This document shows positions 61,489 to 64,000 of a stretch of DNA of 64,000 bases, in pieces. How positions within the stretch are numbered: position 1 is the stretch's first letter; every line of letters begins with the position of its first letter. The translations under genes were made by a program, and so were the position numbers. This DNA comes from the human T2T-CHM13v2.0 reference genome, Homo sapiens. The stretch lies in the NCBI RefSeq assembly GCF_009914755.1, contig NC_060932.1; one strand, 5' to 3'. Under the pieces are notes generated by a model. It made no database searches and had not been told where the DNA came from. It saw only the letters and a list, made by a program, of their open reading frames with translations.

Positions 61489-62818
61489 TCATTCTTTCAT
61501 TATATCCCATATTTCATACTAAATAGTTCATCTTTCCAGGTATTTCTGTCCTTCACATGTTTACAGCCTGATGTCATATCCCTCAAAGTCATCAAGTAAC
61601 TCAGTTCCACCTACTTAGCTCCTTTAAGTCTTTCTTCATATATCAGATCCTTTCATTCCTCTGCACATAAGAACTTATACTCACATATATTCCCTCCATT
61701 CTATTTCACAGCTCTTTAGTGGCAGTGGCCCAGTGTGTACAATCTGTTCCATGTGTCCAGACTCGGCAGGAAATGGGGAGTGGGAGAACAGACAATGAAA
61801 TTCTGTAGGTCAAACAGAAGGCTAGGATGGATGCCATTATTGTATTGGGCTTGGAGTGAGAGGACCAGGTTTGCAGCCTATCTGTGCTCAGCTGCATGAC
61901 TTGGGACAAGCCACTTGACCTTTTGAACCTTGGTATCTTCAGTTATAATACAGGAATGATTTTTAGCCCATAAGGGGCTCAAGTCTATCTTATATTCTTC
62001 CTTCATCCCCTCTCCTTTATTCCCTAAGGAGAATGAGGGCTGACATGGATGAATCAAGGGCTTGTTCCTGGGCCAACTGGTGAGTAGTATGGTCTCACCC
62101 TCTAAAGAATTATAATCTCTTTGAATTGCAAATCCCTCATGGCTAGTAACTCAGGATGGGTCCTGGGCTACTCCAGCCTAGGAGCTATTCTGCTCTGATG
62201 AAGTAAAATAAGCCAGGCCTGCTATAGGCTTAGAAAGAATCTCCTTTTCCTCTCCTTTGCTGATCTCATATTTTCTTGAACCAGCCTCTCCTTGGACTCG
62301 GGGCTTAAAAACAGAGGGTTGAGAATTAAGTAAAGCTTGGTGGCAGGCAAGTAAAGCTTGGGGCCTACTTACCACATTGCTGCCTCTGCTGTGTCACGAG
62401 GAGCCCTACAAGCAGTCCAGCCTGGCTCCCGGGCATGCCCCCGGGTTCAGGGGCAAAAGACTTTGCCTTGGCTTTAGCACATGTCTCTGGGGACAGAAGC
62501 AAGGCAGTATGGCGCTTCACACTTTCCGCTTCTCCTAATCTTTTTCTACCTCAATAGAACTAATCCTAATAACACCATCTTATAGGATTGTTATGACAAT
62601 GTAATGAGATCATCTAAGAGAAAACGTTTTGAAAACTATTCAAAAATGGAAAGTAACAATCTTGAATTCTAAATTCTTCCTATTTTAGTTTCCTCATCTG
62701 TTAAATGTAGTTTTTAAAAACTAAAAAGCAAACATACTCATAAGTCTTTTGAGGGATTGCAAGAGGAAAAAAAAATATATATATATATATTTTATTTTTT
62801 ATTTAAAAAGGCAATCCA

Positions 62819-63117
62819 GGAGGGGTGCGGTGCTCATGCCTGTAATCCCAGCACTTTGGGAGGCCAAGGCGGGCGGATCACCTGAGGTCAGGAGTTCGAG
62901 ACCATCCTGGCCAACATGGTGAAACCCCATCTCTACTAAAAATACAAAAATTAGCCGGGTGTGGTGGCATGTGCCTGTAGTCCCAGCTACTCGGGGGCTG
63001 AGGCAGGAGAATCACATGAACTGAGGAGGCAGAGGTTGCAGTGAGCCCAGATTGTGCCATTGCACTCCACCCTAGGAGACAGAGCAGACTCTGTTTCAAG
63101 AAAAAAGAAAAAAAAAG
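62819..63117 (+). mobile_element. AluS
   Basis: TSD aaaaaggcaat. Confidence 0.95.
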
Positions 63118-64000
63118 GCAATTTATAGTCATGGAAATTATTTCATTTTCACTTTTTTAACAGTTTTGACACTGAAATCCTCTATAAAGTGAATGTATGG
63201 TTAGACCTCTTATAGGCCTTATGCCTATTAATGATCTTGTAAATCTGCAGAAAATAGGGCCATCCATTTGCTATAATCCCTTATTGAGAAGATATAGTTG
63301 GTTTTACTCTTAACACTGCATAACTGTTTCATTTTAGATTCCTGGTAATTACGTAAGTCCTAGCAGTAAGAAGCCTCTTCTGATTCACAGTGACTCTACC
63401 CCATAAACAAGATCTGTCAGTCTATTCTGTAGTTCACAAGTATTGTATCGTGCACAATTGCTGACCCTCATGTAGTTCACAAGTAGAAAGCATGGCCCGG
63501 CCCTGTAGGAGCTATACTCCAGGCAGCAGGCATTGATCTTATAGACACAAACAGATATAAATCTCAGCCAATCTCCTACATATGTTCCAAACATCGTGTC
63601 TTCCCTAACATAAAGAACTAGACATATTGGGGCTTTAAATAAGGTCTAATTTCCTGAAAGCACAGCCAGCATTTCAGGGGGAAAAAACAAAAACAAAAAA
63701 ACTTCAGCAGTGGAAATGCTATTTAAAAAATCCGGGAATTTTTCTATCTTTAAGGTAGTAGATGAATGGGTGCCTAAAGATAATTATACCAGACTGGAAG
63801 TAAAAATCAGCCAAATAACCATATGACTAAGAGCAGATCTCGCCAAAGCCTCAGCATTATCATAATGCAGGTGTTACTGCACCCCATCTTCCTTCCTCAA
63901 GGGGTGCCTTTGCTGAGCCCTGGTGCTATCAAAGGGCTGAGTCTTTCTCTATTCAATCTGTGCACCTCTAGTTGGAGGATTCCAGGGGATTCCACGTCAG

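Noticed and set aside
63428-63485. Repeat-spacer-repeat resembling a minimal CRISPR
   Set aside because: Only two 15-bp copies, human DNA, no cas genes

Overview
Human genomic DNA containing the complete HEY1 gene (Notch-target bHLH-Orange repressor; human chr8q21 from recall) on the minus strand. Five coding exons (33000-32912, 32631-32556, 32429-32346, 32069-31988, 31107-30524) have canonical GT-AG junctions and give 915 nt = 304 aa ending YRPW...TEIGAF. There is an alternative exon-3 donor (+VMEQ), a ~1.2 kb 3'UTR and a CpG-island promoter with two RBPJ sites. The rest is non-coding and repeat-rich (about 30 Alus, L1, L2, MIR, MaLR LTRs, hAT and Tigger fossils). Nearly all other ORFs in the track are Alu-, microsatellite- or GC-derived noise. 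Best leads: (1) an orphan CpG island ~16 kb upstream with RBPJ/SOX/ETS/NRF1/DR6 motifs, a candidate distal Notch enhancer; (2) a consensus CTCF motif inside coding exon 5; (3) several local templated-copy scars, including an inverted Alu+unique-flank copy inside a twin-primed L1, a locally copied L1 fragment, and a 1.9 kb foreign block inside one L1. I see no evidence for a new protein-coding or CRISPR-like system. Repeat subfamily calls and most repeat boundaries are by eye and approximate.
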